NCBI GenBank assembly: GCA_963662235.1
Contig: OY759308.1
Span: 182,109 to 246,108, forward strand
Reading direction: 5' to 3'
Source: Desulfobacterales bacterium
GTDB lineage: Bacteria > Desulfobacterota > Desulfobacteria > Desulfobacterales > G963662235
Length of the DNA stretch: 64,000 nt
In this document: positions 36,048 through 45,096 of the stretch, one piece after another
Layout: each line of letters opens with the position of its first letter
How positions within the stretch are numbered: the first letter of the stretch is position 1
Translations under genes and position numbers: made by a program
Notes under the pieces: generated by a model
What the model was told of the DNA's origin: nothing
Seen by the model: only the letters and a program-made list of their open reading frames with translations
Databases searched by the model: none

Positions 36048-39000
36048 ATGAATATAGAATGGAATACATTACGAGCATTTAACGGCGATGTTAAAAATGG
36101 ATTTGAAGAACTTGTTTGTCAATTAGCAAGAGCAGAACAAATTTTAAACAAATCTAAATTCATTAGAGTTGCTGCACCTGACGGTGGAGTTGAAGCGTAT
36201 TGTATCCTTTCTGATAATACAGAATATGGTTGGCAAGCCAAGTTTTTTGCGTCAATGGGCGATTCACAATGGACGCAACTTGATAAATCATTTAAAACAG
36301 CCTTTGCAAAGCACCCTGATTTGGTTAAGTATTACATCTGTATTCCATTAGATAGACAAGATCCGAGAATAACAATTACAAAGGGAAACCGTAAAGGGCA
36401 ACAAGTGAATCACTTTATGGATAAGTGGAACGCGAAAGTAACAGAATGGGAAGCATTTTCAAAATCAAACAACAGAACTATTGAATTTGAATTTTGGGGT
36501 AATTCAGAAATCTTTGAACGCTTAAGCAAAAAAGAAAACGAAGGGAAACTTTACTATTGGTTTGGCAAGGAAGAATTTTCTGATGAATGGTTCAAACAAA
36601 AACTTGATGAGAATATTAAAAATCTTGACAAACGCTACACCCCTGAACTGAATTTTGATTTACCTATTGCCAAGATATTTGACGGAATTAGCAGAGATAC
36701 TTATTTCAACGACCAATTCAATTCATATTTTGATGATTTACTTAGGCATTTTAGAAAAGCTGTTACTCATATTAAAAAAGCAAAGGTAAAAAACTATATT
36801 GATAAAATCAATTCAATAGTCACAACATTCAGACAACAATGTGAGCAAATTGATTTTGCTGAAATAAGTATTATTGACAATATTGGTTTGATATCACTGT
36901 TAGAAAGTGTCAGGAAAATTATTAACGATTTAATTCAAAAATTATATGAAATTGATTTCGCACTCAAAAAAGAAAAGAAAGAAAAAAGTAAATACGAAAG
37001 CGATACAAATAAATTTGGTTGGGATATAGAGCATTTCAGAAAATTGAATAGTTCAATTTATGAGTTTATTAATTTTCTAAATAGCACAACGGTTCTTTTG
37101 TCAAATAACCCTTTTATGCTTTTAACAGGGGAAGCAGGAATTGGAAAATCACATTTACTTGCTGATGTTGCAGTAAAAAGAAATAAACGAAATCAATTCT
37201 CAATTTTATTGCTTGGTCAACATTTCACAGAGGAAGAACCTTGGAGTCAAATCAAAAAACAACTTCAATTAAATTGTGAAAGAGATACATTTCTTTCTTC
37301 GCTAAATGCAAAAGCTGAAACAACACAGAGCAGAATTTTAATTCTGATAGATGCAATAAATGAAGGAAAGGGAAAAGAGTTGTGGAAAAATTATATTGCA
37401 GGTTTCATTACCGCAGTAAAAAAATTTCCAAACATAGGTGTGGTTTTTAGTATTAGAACTTCTTATGAAAAACTTTTAATTCCTAATCCCTTAAAGGAAA
37501 AGGATGAAATTTTAAAAGTCATTCATTATGGTTTCTCATACCACGAATACGAAGCATCAAAACGTTTTTTTGAAAATTTTGGTATTAAACAACCAAGTAT
37601 TCCTTTGCTTCACCCTGAGTTTTCCAATCCGCTATTCCTAAAATTATTTTGCGAGGGATTAAGTAAAAAAGGATTGCACGTAATACCTGACGGTTACGAG
37701 GGCATTTCTACCGTCCTTAATTTTTATCTTGAAGCTATTAACAATACAGTTTCGGAAAAACACAAATTGCCTGAAAACTTAAATCTTACTCAAAAAGTTG
37801 TAAAAAAAATCGCAAGTCAAATTGCTGATACTGATAATACTTACATAAAGTTTGATAATGCGTATAGTACTGTTACTCAATTTGCCAAAGACAACTCAAT
37901 TACCGAACCTGCTCAATTTTTTGAGGATTTAATACGGGAAGGACTTCTTACTCAAAACGTGTATTGGGAAAAAGGTGGAAATCCTTTTAACGGTGTGTAT
38001 ATTTCGTATGAAAGATTCAGTGACCATTTGGTTTGTGCTTACTTGTTGGAAAATCATTTTGACAAAAAGAATCCAACAAGCTCTTTTGCTGTCGGTAATA
38101 AACTACATAGATTGCTTGAAGACCAATATAAATCATATTACAACAAAGGTATTATTGAGGCTCTTTCAATTCAATTACCTGAATTGGCAAACATAGAACT
38201 ATTTGAAGCTGCACCTCACGCAAAGGAATTTAAAATTGTGGCACAGGCATTTGTTGAAAGCATTATTTGGAGAAAAAAAGAAACAATCAATGAGAAACTA
38301 AAAGATTACATAAATGAAGTCGTAATTCAAAAACACGACTTGCATGATGATTTTATTAGCACAATTCTTTTAATTACATCACAGCCGAAACACTATTTCA
38401 ATAGCGATTTCCTTCACAATCATTTGATGAAATTCAGTATGCCTGATAGAGATTCTTGGTGGACACCTTTTATTCATCATCAATACCCAAGCTATTCAGA
38501 TGAAATCACATCTATTCAACGAATGATTGATTGGGCTTGGACAGATGATAAACGAGAGAATATTTCTGACGAATCAATTCGCTTAATGTGTCAAACTTTG
38601 TTTTGGTTTACAACAAGCACCAACAGGGCGTTAAGGGATTCTACAACAAAAGCAATAATTTGTCTTTTAGAAGAACGAATAAGCGTTTTGATACAACTCA
38701 TTAAAACATTTGAACAGGTTAATGACCCTTATGTTTTGCAACGAGTATTTGCGGTTGCGTTTGGTTGTGCTGTTAGAACGAGCAAAACTGAATCTTTAAA
38801 AGAATTAGGAAACTGCATTTATGAATCGGTTTTCAATACGAAAAAAGTAATTCCTGACATTTTGTTAAGGGATTACGCAAGAGGAATTGTTGACTACGCA
38901 GTTTTCAAAGGTATCAAGTTTGAGTTTAATTTAAAGAAAATAAAACCTCCTTTCAAAAGCGATTTGCCAACTTCATTTCCAAGTAATGAAGATATTGAGA

Positions 39001-40316
39001 AGTACGAATATGACTATAAAGCAAAAGAATTCAAAGATTATTATTGGAGTTTGAATTCAATTATTAGTTCTATGAAAACAAATGTCGGAGGTCAGATGTA
39101 TGGTGATTTTGGTAGATATACATTTGAAAGTGCCTTTGATGGTTGGAGAGTGAACGCACAGCTATTAAGCAATTTGGCAGTAAAATGGATTGTTGAGAAA
39201 TATGGCTATGATGTAGAAAAACATGGAAAGTTCGATAGAAAGATTCCATGTGATGGAAGACATTCTCATATGACAGAACGAATTGGGAAAAAATATCAAT
39301 GGATTGCTTTTTATGAATTGCTTGCAAGAGTTTCAGACAACATTCCGTTTTATGAATATTCATATAGCCAAAATGCAAAGCCTGTTGACTATAAAGGACC
39401 TTGGGAGCCGTATGTTAGAGATATTGACCCAACAATTACAATAAAAGGAAATCTTGAAAATAAAAATGAAAAATTTTGGTGGAATCTTGTTGATTACAAC
39501 AATTGGAACCTTCCAAACAAAGAATGGATTTTCAAAACTGATGACTTACCAAATCCTTTGGGTATGATAAGTGTGTTTGACAAAGACGGTATTGAATGGT
39601 TGGTACTTGAAATTCTCAAATCATGGACAGAACCTGCAGACATCGGAGAAGATAAATATGAAAATCCGCATAAAGATTTATGGTATCAAATTAAAAGTTA
39701 TATAACTAATAAAAAAGACCATAAAAAAATTTTGAAGTGGTCAAAAGAAAAAAACTTTATGGGGCGTTGGATGCCAGAATCGACAAATAGGTATCAAATG
39801 TTTAGCAGAGAATATTATTGGTCAGCAGCTAATGAAACATTTAGAGACCCTTATTATAGTGGTGAAAGTTGGTCTAAAATTCACGACAACGAAACACATC
39901 AATTAATTGGCAAAGTTGCCGTAACAACCATTGATTATTTGTGGGAAGAAGAATTTGACGCTTCAAAAGAATCTACGATTAGTTTTTACAAACCCACAGA
40001 AATTCTTTTTAATCTTCTTGATTTACAATATTCAAAAATTGAAGGTCAACTTTTGAATAAAGATGGACAAATGATTTGCTTTGACCCTTGTGCAACATAC
40101 CCAACACATTCGTGCCTTGTGGTAAGAAAAAACGACTTGGTTCAAAAATTAGAAGACAATAACTTGAATATTTTTTGGACTGTCTTAGGCGAAAAACTAA
40201 TTATTGGTGGAGACCATTCAAAACGTAACGAATGGATAGGGCGATTAAATATTTCAGGAGTTATACATTACGAAAAAGAATTACTAAAACATATTCCATA
40301 TTATATTGAAATATGA
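36048..40316 (+). CDS. Avs-like antiviral STAND NTPase with N-terminal Mrr-like PD-(D/E)XK nuclease domain (cassette 1)
   Basis: 1422 aa counted from the ATG at 36048. The N-terminal FEELVCQLARAE...VAAPDGGVEAYC...GWQAKFF fits the Mrr-cat pattern D..(Q/E)xK. The P-loop is LLTGEAGIGKSHLLAD (nt 37128-37151) and Walker B is ILILIDAINEG. A ~900-aa C-terminal region carries no recognisable repeats and is the putative sensor. Confidence 0.65.
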   Translation: MNIEWNTLRAFNGDVKNGFEELVCQLARAEQILNKSKFIRVAAPDGGVEAYCILSDNTEYGWQAKFFASMGDSQWTQLDKSFKTAFAKHPDLVKYYICIPLDRQDPRITITKGNRKGQQVNHFMDKWNAKVTEWEAFSKSNNRTIEFEFWGNSEIFERLSKKENEGKLYYWFGKEEFSDEWFKQKLDENIKNLDKRYTPELNFDLPIAKIFDGISRDTYFNDQFNSYFDDLLRHFRKAVTHIKKAKVKNYIDKINSIVTTFRQQCEQIDFAEISIIDNIGLISLLESVRKIINDLIQKLYEIDFALKKEKKEKSKYESDTNKFGWDIEHFRKLNSSIYEFINFLNSTTVLLSNNPFMLLTGEAGIGKSHLLADVAVKRNKRNQFSILLLGQHFTEEEPWSQIKKQLQLNCERDTFLSSLNAKAETTQSRILILIDAINEGKGKELWKNYIAGFITAVKKFPNIGVVFSIRTSYEKLLIPNPLKEKDEILKVIHYGFSYHEYEASKRFFENFGIKQPSIPLLHPEFSNPLFLKLFCEGLSKKGLHVIPDGYEGISTVLNFYLEAINNTVSEKHKLPENLNLTQKVVKKIASQIADTDNTYIKFDNAYSTVTQFAKDNSITEPAQFFEDLIREGLLTQNVYWEKGGNPFNGVYISYERFSDHLVCAYLLENHFDKKNPTSSFAVGNKLHRLLEDQYKSYYNKGIIEALSIQLPELANIELFEAAPHAKEFKIVAQAFVESIIWRKKETINEKLKDYINEVVIQKHDLHDDFISTILLITSQPKHYFNSDFLHNHLMKFSMPDRDSWWTPFIHHQYPSYSDEITSIQRMIDWAWTDDKRENISDESIRLMCQTLFWFTTSTNRALRDSTTKAIICLLEERISVLIQLIKTFEQVNDPYVLQRVFAVAFGCAVRTSKTESLKELGNCIYESVFNTKKVIPDILLRDYARGIVDYAVFKGIKFEFNLKKIKPPFKSDLPTSFPSNEDIEKYEYDYKAKEFKDYYWSLNSIISSMKTNVGGQMYGDFGRYTFESAFDGWRVNAQLLSNLAVKWIVEKYGYDVEKHGKFDRKIPCDGRHSHMTERIGKKYQWIAFYELLARVSDNIPFYEYSYSQNAKPVDYKGPWEPYVRDIDPTITIKGNLENKNEKFWWNLVDYNNWNLPNKEWIFKTDDLPNPLGMISVFDKDGIEWLVLEILKSWTEPADIGEDKYENPHKDLWYQIKSYITNKKDHKKILKWSKEKNFMGRWMPESTNRYQMFSREYYWSAANETFRDPYYSGESWSKIHDNETHQLIGKVAVTTIDYLWEEEFDASKESTISFYKPTEILFNLLDLQYSKIEGQLLNKDGQMICFDPCATYPTHSCLVVRKNDLVQKLEDNNLNIFWTVLGEKLIIGGDHSKRNEWIGRLNISGVIHYEKELLKHIPYYIEI

Positions 40317-40328
40317 AAGAAAACCAGG

Positions 40329-40459
40329 CGGTAACATCGTATATAAAACATTTGGCAGTCAGTGGGTTATTGAGCTTTCTACTCCGTATCAAAAGTACTT
40401 GTAATTTGACATGAAAGTGTTTCTAAATGCCAAACATTTCATATACGTAACCGTTAGAG
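40329..40459 (+). other. attC-like site of cassette 1 (131 bp)
   Basis: Layout:
- inverse core CGGTAAC (40329-35), then a 3-nt spacer;
- L'' GTATATAAAACATTTGGCA;
- L' TGCCAAACATTTCATATAC (40428-46);
- spacer GTAACC;
- core GTTAGAG (40453-59).
GGCGgTAAC is the reverse complement (one mismatch) of the cassette start GTTAgCGCC at 35974. Confidence 0.75.
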
Positions 40460-40466
40460 AAAAAAC

Positions 40467-40953
40467 AAATAAAGGGGTCAAGTCCTCTCTTGGCTCTTTA
40501 ACTGTTTTTTAATAAAAAATGACATGTCCAGACCATTAAGAATACAATATCCAGATGCATAGTATCACGTAATGAATCGTGGTAGATGAGGTGAAAAGAT
40601 ATTTTTGTCACCGGATGATTTTGAAGATATTCCTGAAACCAAAAACCTTGCACCGGATACTGATAAAATAATATACCATGTATGTAAAGCATACAATGTT
40701 GAAGAATCTATGCTGTATATATCCCGGAGAGGTTGCTTTAATGAACCAAGAAATGTCTGTATCTATTTAGTAAGATATTTAAGGGGTGATACTTTAAAGG
40801 AAACCGGAGTGCTTTTTGGAATTAAAAAACATAGCACTGTCAGCAGTATAATAGATAGGGTCAAGCTTAATATAAAATCCAGTCAAAAATTTAAAAAACG
40901 GATAATGGAATTATCTGATAAGATCAAAAAGGGTCAAGAGAGGACTTGACCTC
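40467..40953 (+). mobile_element. IS-like element, internally deleted non-autonomous copy with decayed Y1-HUH/DnaA_C-like transposase
   Basis: ~20-bp TIRs: GGGGTCAAGTCCTCTCTTGGC (40474-) and CAAGAGAGGACTTGACCTC (-40953). The ORF remnant 40524-40949 reads MSRPLRIQYPDA*YHVMNRGR*GEKIFLS. It is then fused directly to the C-terminal DnaA_C-like HTH part (...RNVCIYLVRYLRGDTLKETGVLFGIKKHSTVSSIIDRV...). Confidence 0.8.
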
Positions 40954-41063
40954 TTCAATTACAAATCATTTCAGCGGACAGCTAATGCTCGCCACTGGAT
41001 TTCACGTCATATGGGAATAAAAATATAGATTGACGATGCCTCCTATTTGTCTTATGTTTAATT

Positions 41064-41348
41064 ATGAAAATATTCAAATGGAATTCAGAAAAAAACGAAA
41101 TTCTTGCAACTAATAGAGGAATTACGTTTGATGAAATAGTTCAAAGAATAAAATCTGGAGCTAAAGTAATCGAAACAGATCATCCAAATAAAGAGAAATA
41201 TCCAAATCAAAAAATAATGATTGTCGATGTGGATGGATATGCTTACTTAGTTCCTTTTGTGATTGATGGTGATGAATACTTTCTTAAAACAATCATTCCT
41301 AGCAGGAAAGCAACAAAGAAATATCTTGAAGGTAAAAATAATGGATAA
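41064..41348 (+). CDS. brnT: BrnT-family toxin (DUF497)
   Basis: FKWNSEKNEILATNRGITFDEIV...YLVPFVIDGDEYFLKTIIPSRKATKKY matches the BrnT pattern (F.WD..KN...HGI.F.E ... RIISAR.AT..E...Y). Confidence 0.75.
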   Translation: MKIFKWNSEKNEILATNRGITFDEIVQRIKSGAKVIETDHPNKEKYPNQKIMIVDVDGYAYLVPFVIDGDEYFLKTIIPSRKATKKYLEGKNNG

Positions 41349-41622
41349 AAAACATAATAAAATAATTCTTGACGATTATGAACAGGAAATACTGGAAGCA
41401 TATGAAAACGGTAAGCTTAGTCCATCGAAATCAGAAACAGACTTTAAGACTATTGCCCAAAATACATTAAAAAAGAATCGAAAAATTAATATAAGAATTT
41501 CAGAAAATGACCTTTCGGCATTACAAAGGAAAGCTGCCAGAGAGGGAATTCCGTATCAAACTTTAATTGGTAGTATACTTCACAAATACGCAAGTGGATA
41601 TATTAAAGAAACTGTTTTTTAA
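41341..41622 (+). CDS. brnA: BrnA-like antitoxin (RHH/CopG-type C-terminus)
   Basis: The ATG at 41341 overlaps the brnT stop. ...KKNRKINIRISENDLSALQRKAAREGIPYQTLIGSILHKYASG is typical of BrnA-type antitoxins. Confidence 0.7.
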   Translation: MDKKHNKIILDDYEQEILEAYENGKLSPSKSETDFKTIAQNTLKKNRKINIRISENDLSALQRKAAREGIPYQTLIGSILHKYASGYIKETVF

Positions 41623-41646
41623 CCAAAAGAGATATAATTAACATTA
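41617..41646 (+). other. Truncated attC-like site of the brnTA cassette (inverse core TTTTAAC overlapping the stop), cut by the next IS copy
   Basis: TTTTAAC (41617-23) versus the expected CTCTAAC, the complement of the cassette-start core GTTAGAG at 40453. Only ~30 nt remain before the IS left end at 41647. Confidence 0.45.
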
Positions 41647-42015
41647 AAATAAAGGGGTCAAGTCCTCTCTTGGCTCTTTAGCTGTTTTTTAATAAAAAAT
41701 GATATGTCCAGACCATTAAGAATACAATATCCAGATGCCTGGTATCATGTAATAAATCGTGGTAGACGAGGTGAAAAGATATTTTTGTCAAAGGAAGATT
41801 ATCAATCTTTTATTATTCTTCTTAAAGAGCTTAACGAAGTATATAATGTTAAAATAGTAGCTTATTGCCTCATGGAAAACCATTACCACCTCCTGATAAA
41901 AACACCTGATGCAAATCTTTCCAGGGCAATGAGACATTTAAATGGTGTCTACACACAGCGATATAATAAACGTCACAATTATGATGGGCAGCTTTTTAGA
42001 GGGCGTTATAAATCT
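41647..42015 (+). pseudogene. IS-like element left part with the N-terminal half of the Y1-HUH transposase, truncated by a MITE
   Basis: The left TIR GGGGTCAAGTCCTCTCTTGGC is at 41654. The ORF from 41704 reads MSRPLRIQYPDAWYHVINRGRRGEKIF...CLMENHYHLLIKTPDANLSRAMRHLNGVYTQRYNKRHNYDGQLFRGRYKS (HUH motif HYH). It ends at the MITE boundary at 42016. Confidence 0.8.
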
Positions 42016-42211
42016 GAGACCTTTGAACAATGTCATTTTTGTTCAATTTGAGGGTAAAGTAGTATATTAATACTTCAAGCCCGAAAATCGGGCAAAACAT
42101 GGCAAGCCTTTTAATATAAGCTTTTTAAAAGAAAAAGTAATGTTTTGTTTTTAAAGTTCAAAGTTCAAATTTAACAAATTTTTTAAAAATTAGCGTTTGT
42201 TCAAAGGTCTC
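42016..42211 (+). mobile_element. MITE, subfamily 2, full copy (196 bp) at a rearrangement junction (no TSD)
   Basis: GAGACCTTTGAACAATG...GCGTTTGTTCAAAGGTCTC. The left flank is transposase coding sequence (aaatct). The right flank is the recombinase 3' end (atactc). Confidence 0.8.
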
Positions 42212-42371
42212 ATACTCATGTATCAAAAAAAGGCAATTGATAAGATTAGAAACCCAGTCGATGATTTTTTTGATTGAGGAGATCAAAATGATAAAAGAAA
42301 AATATATACAATTGTGCTTAGCCCACCAGTTTGGAGGAATAAACACAATAGAGGTTACACAATCGTTAGGG
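42212..42371 (+). pseudogene. Second copy of the recombinase 3' end (last ~20 codons, frameshifted) plus attI-like junction ending in core GTTAGGG (42365-42371)
   Basis: ATACTCATGTATCAAAAAAAGGCAATTGATAAGATTAGAAACCCAGTCGATGATTTTTTTGATTGA... aligns with 35822-35980. Strong similarity falls off just past the GTTAG core. Confidence 0.75.
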
Positions 42372-42414
42372 GCAAGGCAAGGAGCTGCATACAAGAAATG
42401 GGAAACTTACTATA

Positions 42415-45096
42415 ATGGAATATATAAGAAAAAATATTGAACGTAAAATTAACTTTCATGAGTACAATAATAATCAGGAAGAGTTAAAGGTTCTTTATCA
42501 AGCCTATTTAGAGTATTTGATGATATACACTCTTGGATATTTGTGGAATAAGAACTTTTCTATTTGTGATTCTGAAACAAAATCCTACATATTAGACATT
42601 ATACAAAGACCTTCTATTGGTGATATTGAAATGGCTTGTAGGAAATTGGATGTGAATAAAGAAATTTTTAAAAATAGAGCTCTATCTCGTAGGTTCTCGA
42701 AATATCCTCAACTAAGAAATGAAAAAATAGGACATGGATATGTTTTCTCTGACTCTTCTTCTGAATTTGTAGGAGAGTTAAAAGAGTTTTGTGAAAACAT
42801 AAAAAATTCTGAACATACAATTTTTAAAGAGGATATTGATATAATAAAGGTGCTGAAACAGGAGAATGGTGCTTATAAAGGAATTACCTATAAGTCTGAT
42901 GGGTCTGATTATTACCCATGGAGTTTCCCTGTTGGTTCAAAAAAATTTGAAATAGGTGATATATATGGATATCATTCGAATTGTAAATATTTTAAGATAT
43001 CTCCTTTTGTAGAAATCCAAAATGAAAGTGAGTATTACACTTTTAGCTCAATATATGAACCACTATCTGGAAAATGTAAATACAACCGACTATTAAAAAG
43101 TGGAGTAGAATTTTTTGAGAATATTGAGTTCTGCAATTTGGATATTGAATCCGATAATGTAAAAAGAAAAACCAAGAATGGAACAATAATTAGTTTATTT
43201 CAGAAAAACTATACAAAATTTATAGAAACTTCCATTAAAAATAAAGTACTCGACTTTTTATTAAAATCCAAGCATTCGGTTACAGCTACAGTTTGGGGAC
43301 ATGGAGGTGTCGGGAAAACCGCAACAATTCAAAAAATATGTGATGAATTAGGTGCTGGCAATAATCGATATTTTGACTATATAATATTTACGACAGCTAA
43401 GGATAGATTCTACAACTATTTAACAGGTAATATTGAAGAATTAAACGAAAGGATTAACTCATGTGAAGAGTTGATTAAGTCAATTAATCAGGTAATTGTG
43501 AATGAGCCTGTCTTGAATATTGATAATATTACAGGCTTTCAACAAAAAATGTTGGTTATAATAGATGACTTTGAGACATTTGACGATGATGAAAAGTTGA
43601 AAATAGCTGATTTTATCAGAAAACTTGATGCATCAAAACACAAAGTACTAATTACAACAAGAGCAAATATTGTAATAGGTGAGGAAATTAAAACAAACGA
43701 ATTATCTTCTGATGAAACTTCACTGTTTTTAAAACAGGTATTTGCAAATGAGCTTGAAGAGCAAATATCAATAAAACGACATATTGAAGTTTTAGGAAAA
43801 CCCGAAATTAAAGATAAAGTACATTGGTTAACCAGTGGTAGACCTTTGTTTATATATCAATTGGCCTTTATTATTGCTCAAAAAGGTAATGTTGAAGACG
43901 CTTTGGAATTTGATATTAAAAAGTCTGATAATGCAATTGAGTTTCTATATGGAAGAATCTACAATTATTTATCAGATTTGGCAAAAGATATTTTTGTTGC
44001 CATAAGCTTGTTAGTAACAGAAAATGATTTGAGTAATGTGATAAAAAAATTATCCTACATACTAAATATTGAAGGAAATCAAGATGCTTTTGATAGTGCA
44101 ATAAGTGAATTAGTTAAATTGAAAATACTTGAAGTTAAAGAGGATAATTTCTTTTACATATATTCCAAAGAAATCCTTACTATCATGTCCCTGATGTATA
44201 ATAAAAGACCTGATAGTTTTAAAGGGAATTGTAATAGACGTCTCTTGCAAATCAGCAGAGATAAAAAGTTAGATAACGAACAAGCTCTATTGCAGTTTGC
44301 AAATACAAATCGTTATTCAAAGAATGAAGAAGAAGTTGTTAGTTCATATAAACAAATTTTGAATCGGGGAAATGCCCCAAAAAAAGTAAGACTACAGGCG
44401 ATTTTAAACTTAACGGCTTATCTCGTAATTGACCGTGGCAAAAGAGATTCTGCATTAAATATTTTAGAAGAATATTTTTCAAAATTCAATGATAAAGGAC
44501 AATATATCAAAATGATAGCCACATATTATTGGGCTAATGCTTCAGATGACCATAAGGAAAAATCGATTAAAATTTTAGGTGATTTTCTTTCTTCTCATCG
44601 TAACCTAAACGTTGATATAAATCTTGAACTATTAGGATTGCTTCTTACTTATAAAACGATTTTTGCTATTTCTAAGAAAGAAAGATTAAAAGATAGTTTG
44701 CATTATGATGAGATTTCGGGAACAGATTTTTCTAAGGCAAACGAGGCTTTAAAACAAGATTATAGGAATATTATTAAGTATCACGGTTGGCCTCTTTTTA
44801 ATTTTGTTGATTCTATTGATTTTAGTTCAATTTCTTCTGGTTCTAGACAAAATATTGTTACAGGTTTTTATCAGTTTTCAGAACTTTTTACAAGACTTGG
44901 AGATTATAAAAATGCAGCAAAAATTTGCGTATTTGCAATTGATAAATTCCCTGATAATTTTCAGAAGTTATTTCGAGCTAAATTAGGTCGTATTAAAAGT
45001 TTTAACTATAAACCATATGACAAACCTAAATCAAAAGAGATGTCTGATTTTGGTTTAATACTATCTAATGCAATTAATAAAAAGCCCAGCCCCTAA
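42415..45096 (+). CDS. STAND (NB-ARC-like) NTPase with an unassigned ~280-aa N-terminal domain and a helical-repeat C-terminus (cassette 3)
   Basis: 893 aa. Walker A is VWGHGGVGKTATIQKI (nt 43297-43320) and Walker B is MLVIIDDFETFDD. The C-terminal ~350 aa look helical/TPR-like. The N-terminus contains LRNEKIGHG (R-x5-H). Confidence 0.65.
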   Translation: MEYIRKNIERKINFHEYNNNQEELKVLYQAYLEYLMIYTLGYLWNKNFSICDSETKSYILDIIQRPSIGDIEMACRKLDVNKEIFKNRALSRRFSKYPQLRNEKIGHGYVFSDSSSEFVGELKEFCENIKNSEHTIFKEDIDIIKVLKQENGAYKGITYKSDGSDYYPWSFPVGSKKFEIGDIYGYHSNCKYFKISPFVEIQNESEYYTFSSIYEPLSGKCKYNRLLKSGVEFFENIEFCNLDIESDNVKRKTKNGTIISLFQKNYTKFIETSIKNKVLDFLLKSKHSVTATVWGHGGVGKTATIQKICDELGAGNNRYFDYIIFTTAKDRFYNYLTGNIEELNERINSCEELIKSINQVIVNEPVLNIDNITGFQQKMLVIIDDFETFDDDEKLKIADFIRKLDASKHKVLITTRANIVIGEEIKTNELSSDETSLFLKQVFANELEEQISIKRHIEVLGKPEIKDKVHWLTSGRPLFIYQLAFIIAQKGNVEDALEFDIKKSDNAIEFLYGRIYNYLSDLAKDIFVAISLLVTENDLSNVIKKLSYILNIEGNQDAFDSAISELVKLKILEVKEDNFFYIYSKEILTIMSLMYNKRPDSFKGNCNRRLLQISRDKKLDNEQALLQFANTNRYSKNEEEVVSSYKQILNRGNAPKKVRLQAILNLTAYLVIDRGKRDSALNILEEYFSKFNDKGQYIKMIATYYWANASDDHKEKSIKILGDFLSSHRNLNVDINLELLGLLLTYKTIFAISKKERLKDSLHYDEISGTDFSKANEALKQDYRNIIKYHGWPLFNFVDSIDFSSISSGSRQNIVTGFYQFSELFTRLGDYKNAAKICVFAIDKFPDNFQKLFRAKLGRIKSFNYKPYDKPKSKEMSDFGLILSNAINKKPSP

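Noticed and set aside
40605-40949. The 114-aa ORF with a DnaA domain-IV-like HTH as an intact stand-alone regulator.
   Set aside because: - It is the C-terminal part of the IS-like element's transposase.
- It is joined by an internal deletion to an N-terminal remnant with two nonsense codons, all inside one pair of TIRs.
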